Source: Hyalangium minutum (GTDB lineage Bacteria > Myxococcota > Myxococcia > Myxococcales > Myxococcaceae). From it: a stretch of 64,000 bases of DNA. The DNA is taken from assembly GCF_000737315.1 (NCBI RefSeq), contig NZ_JMCB01000008.1, positions 372,001 to 436,000 of the forward strand, in the 5' to 3' direction. Positions 63,407 to 64,000 of the stretch are shown here, one piece after another (the first letter of the stretch is position 1; each line of letters opens with the position of its first letter). The position numbers were made by a program, and so were the translations under genes. The notes under the pieces are model-generated. The model saw only the letters and a program-made list of their open reading frames with translations, did no database searches and was not told where the DNA came from.

Positions 63407-63763
63407 TCACCGACGCACCCCCGCTCGCGTGAGGGCCTCAGCCAGGGCCTGGGCAGCGTCTCCCACGGCCTCCAGAGCGCGAGTCCCCTCAAACATGCTG
63501 CGCATGGCTTCGTCGTCGCCCACTTCGATGGAGAGCAGCTCGCAGGCAGCAACGGCCATGCTGAAGTTGTTGAAGGCCAACTTCACGGCCGCCGGCGTGT
63601 TCCCTCCGTACTCAGCGGCGATTTCCGCCACCGCCAGGTACCAACACTCGGTGGCCCGGCGCTGCGCCTCCCATGCCTCCCGGTAGTGCCGAGCCGCCTC
63701 CTTCAACTGCTGGGCCGCGTTCCGGAAGTTCGCCTCGGCCTTGTTCAGGTTGGGGGTGCTCAT
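63407..63763 (-). CDS. Small Ala-rich helical hypothetical protein
   Basis: 118-aa ORF; ATGA overlap with the upstream open frame. Confidence 0.55.
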   Translation of the reverse strand: MSTPNLNKAEANFRNAAQQLKEAARHYREAWEAQRRATECWYLAVAEIAAEYGGNTPAAVKLAFNNFSMAVAACELLSIEVGDDEAMRSMFEGTRALEAVGDAAQALAEALTRAGVRR

Positions 63764-63824
63764 TCCGCGTTCGCCCGCCGGGCCTTGGCAATAGCTTCCA
63801 TTGTTTTTACGAGGGGTTGCGAAG

Positions 63825-63871
63825 CACGCCGAGGGGGACTTGAACCCCCAACCCTTGGCTTCGAAGGCCGA
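63825..63871 (-). pseudogene. 3' portion of a tRNA-Arg(TCG) gene (att-site fragment)
   Basis: Minus strand TCGGC-CT(TCG)AA-GCCAA, GGGTT, GGGGG-TTCAAGT-CCCCC, TCGGCGT-G; no D-arm or 5' acceptor strand upstream. Confidence 0.8.
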
Positions 63872-64000
63872 TGCCGCTGGTTAGCGCCCTTCAGCTGCCA
63901 GCACGTGCCTACCTCGGGCGCATTGCTCGCGGCGGTGGTGCTGCGCACGGTGCGATGGGAGGCGATGCGGCTGCTGCTTCGCTTCTTCCGGGTACTGCTC

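Noticed and set aside
63825-63871. Complete functional tRNA-Arg
   Set aside because: D-arm and 5' acceptor strand are missing; treated as an att fragment.

Overview
GC-rich bacterial DNA, most likely from a myxobacterium of the Cystobacterineae (inferred from MYXO-CTERM tails, CGDG Cys-rich repeats, TPR-CHAT proteins, Ser/Thr kinases and DUF6310/DUF5953 genes). The window is accessory-type DNA. It holds secreted and surface proteins (Ig/cadherin-like lipoprotein plus a TraB-like OmpA protein, two Kelch proteins), small-molecule enzymes, an RND efflux operon with its two-component system, several putative toxin/immunity pairs, and many scars (IS91-like remnants, truncated or chimeric genes, tRNA/tmRNA 3' fragments). 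The most striking item is an intact, intron-free 480-aa ORF (56156..57598) with the motif pattern of eukaryotic BPI/LBP/CETP lipid-binding proteins. It sits in a lower-GC patchwork bracketed by a ~380-bp inverted duplication. No rRNA, complete tRNA or CRISPR array was seen. Family assignments come from motif recognition only; no database searches were run.
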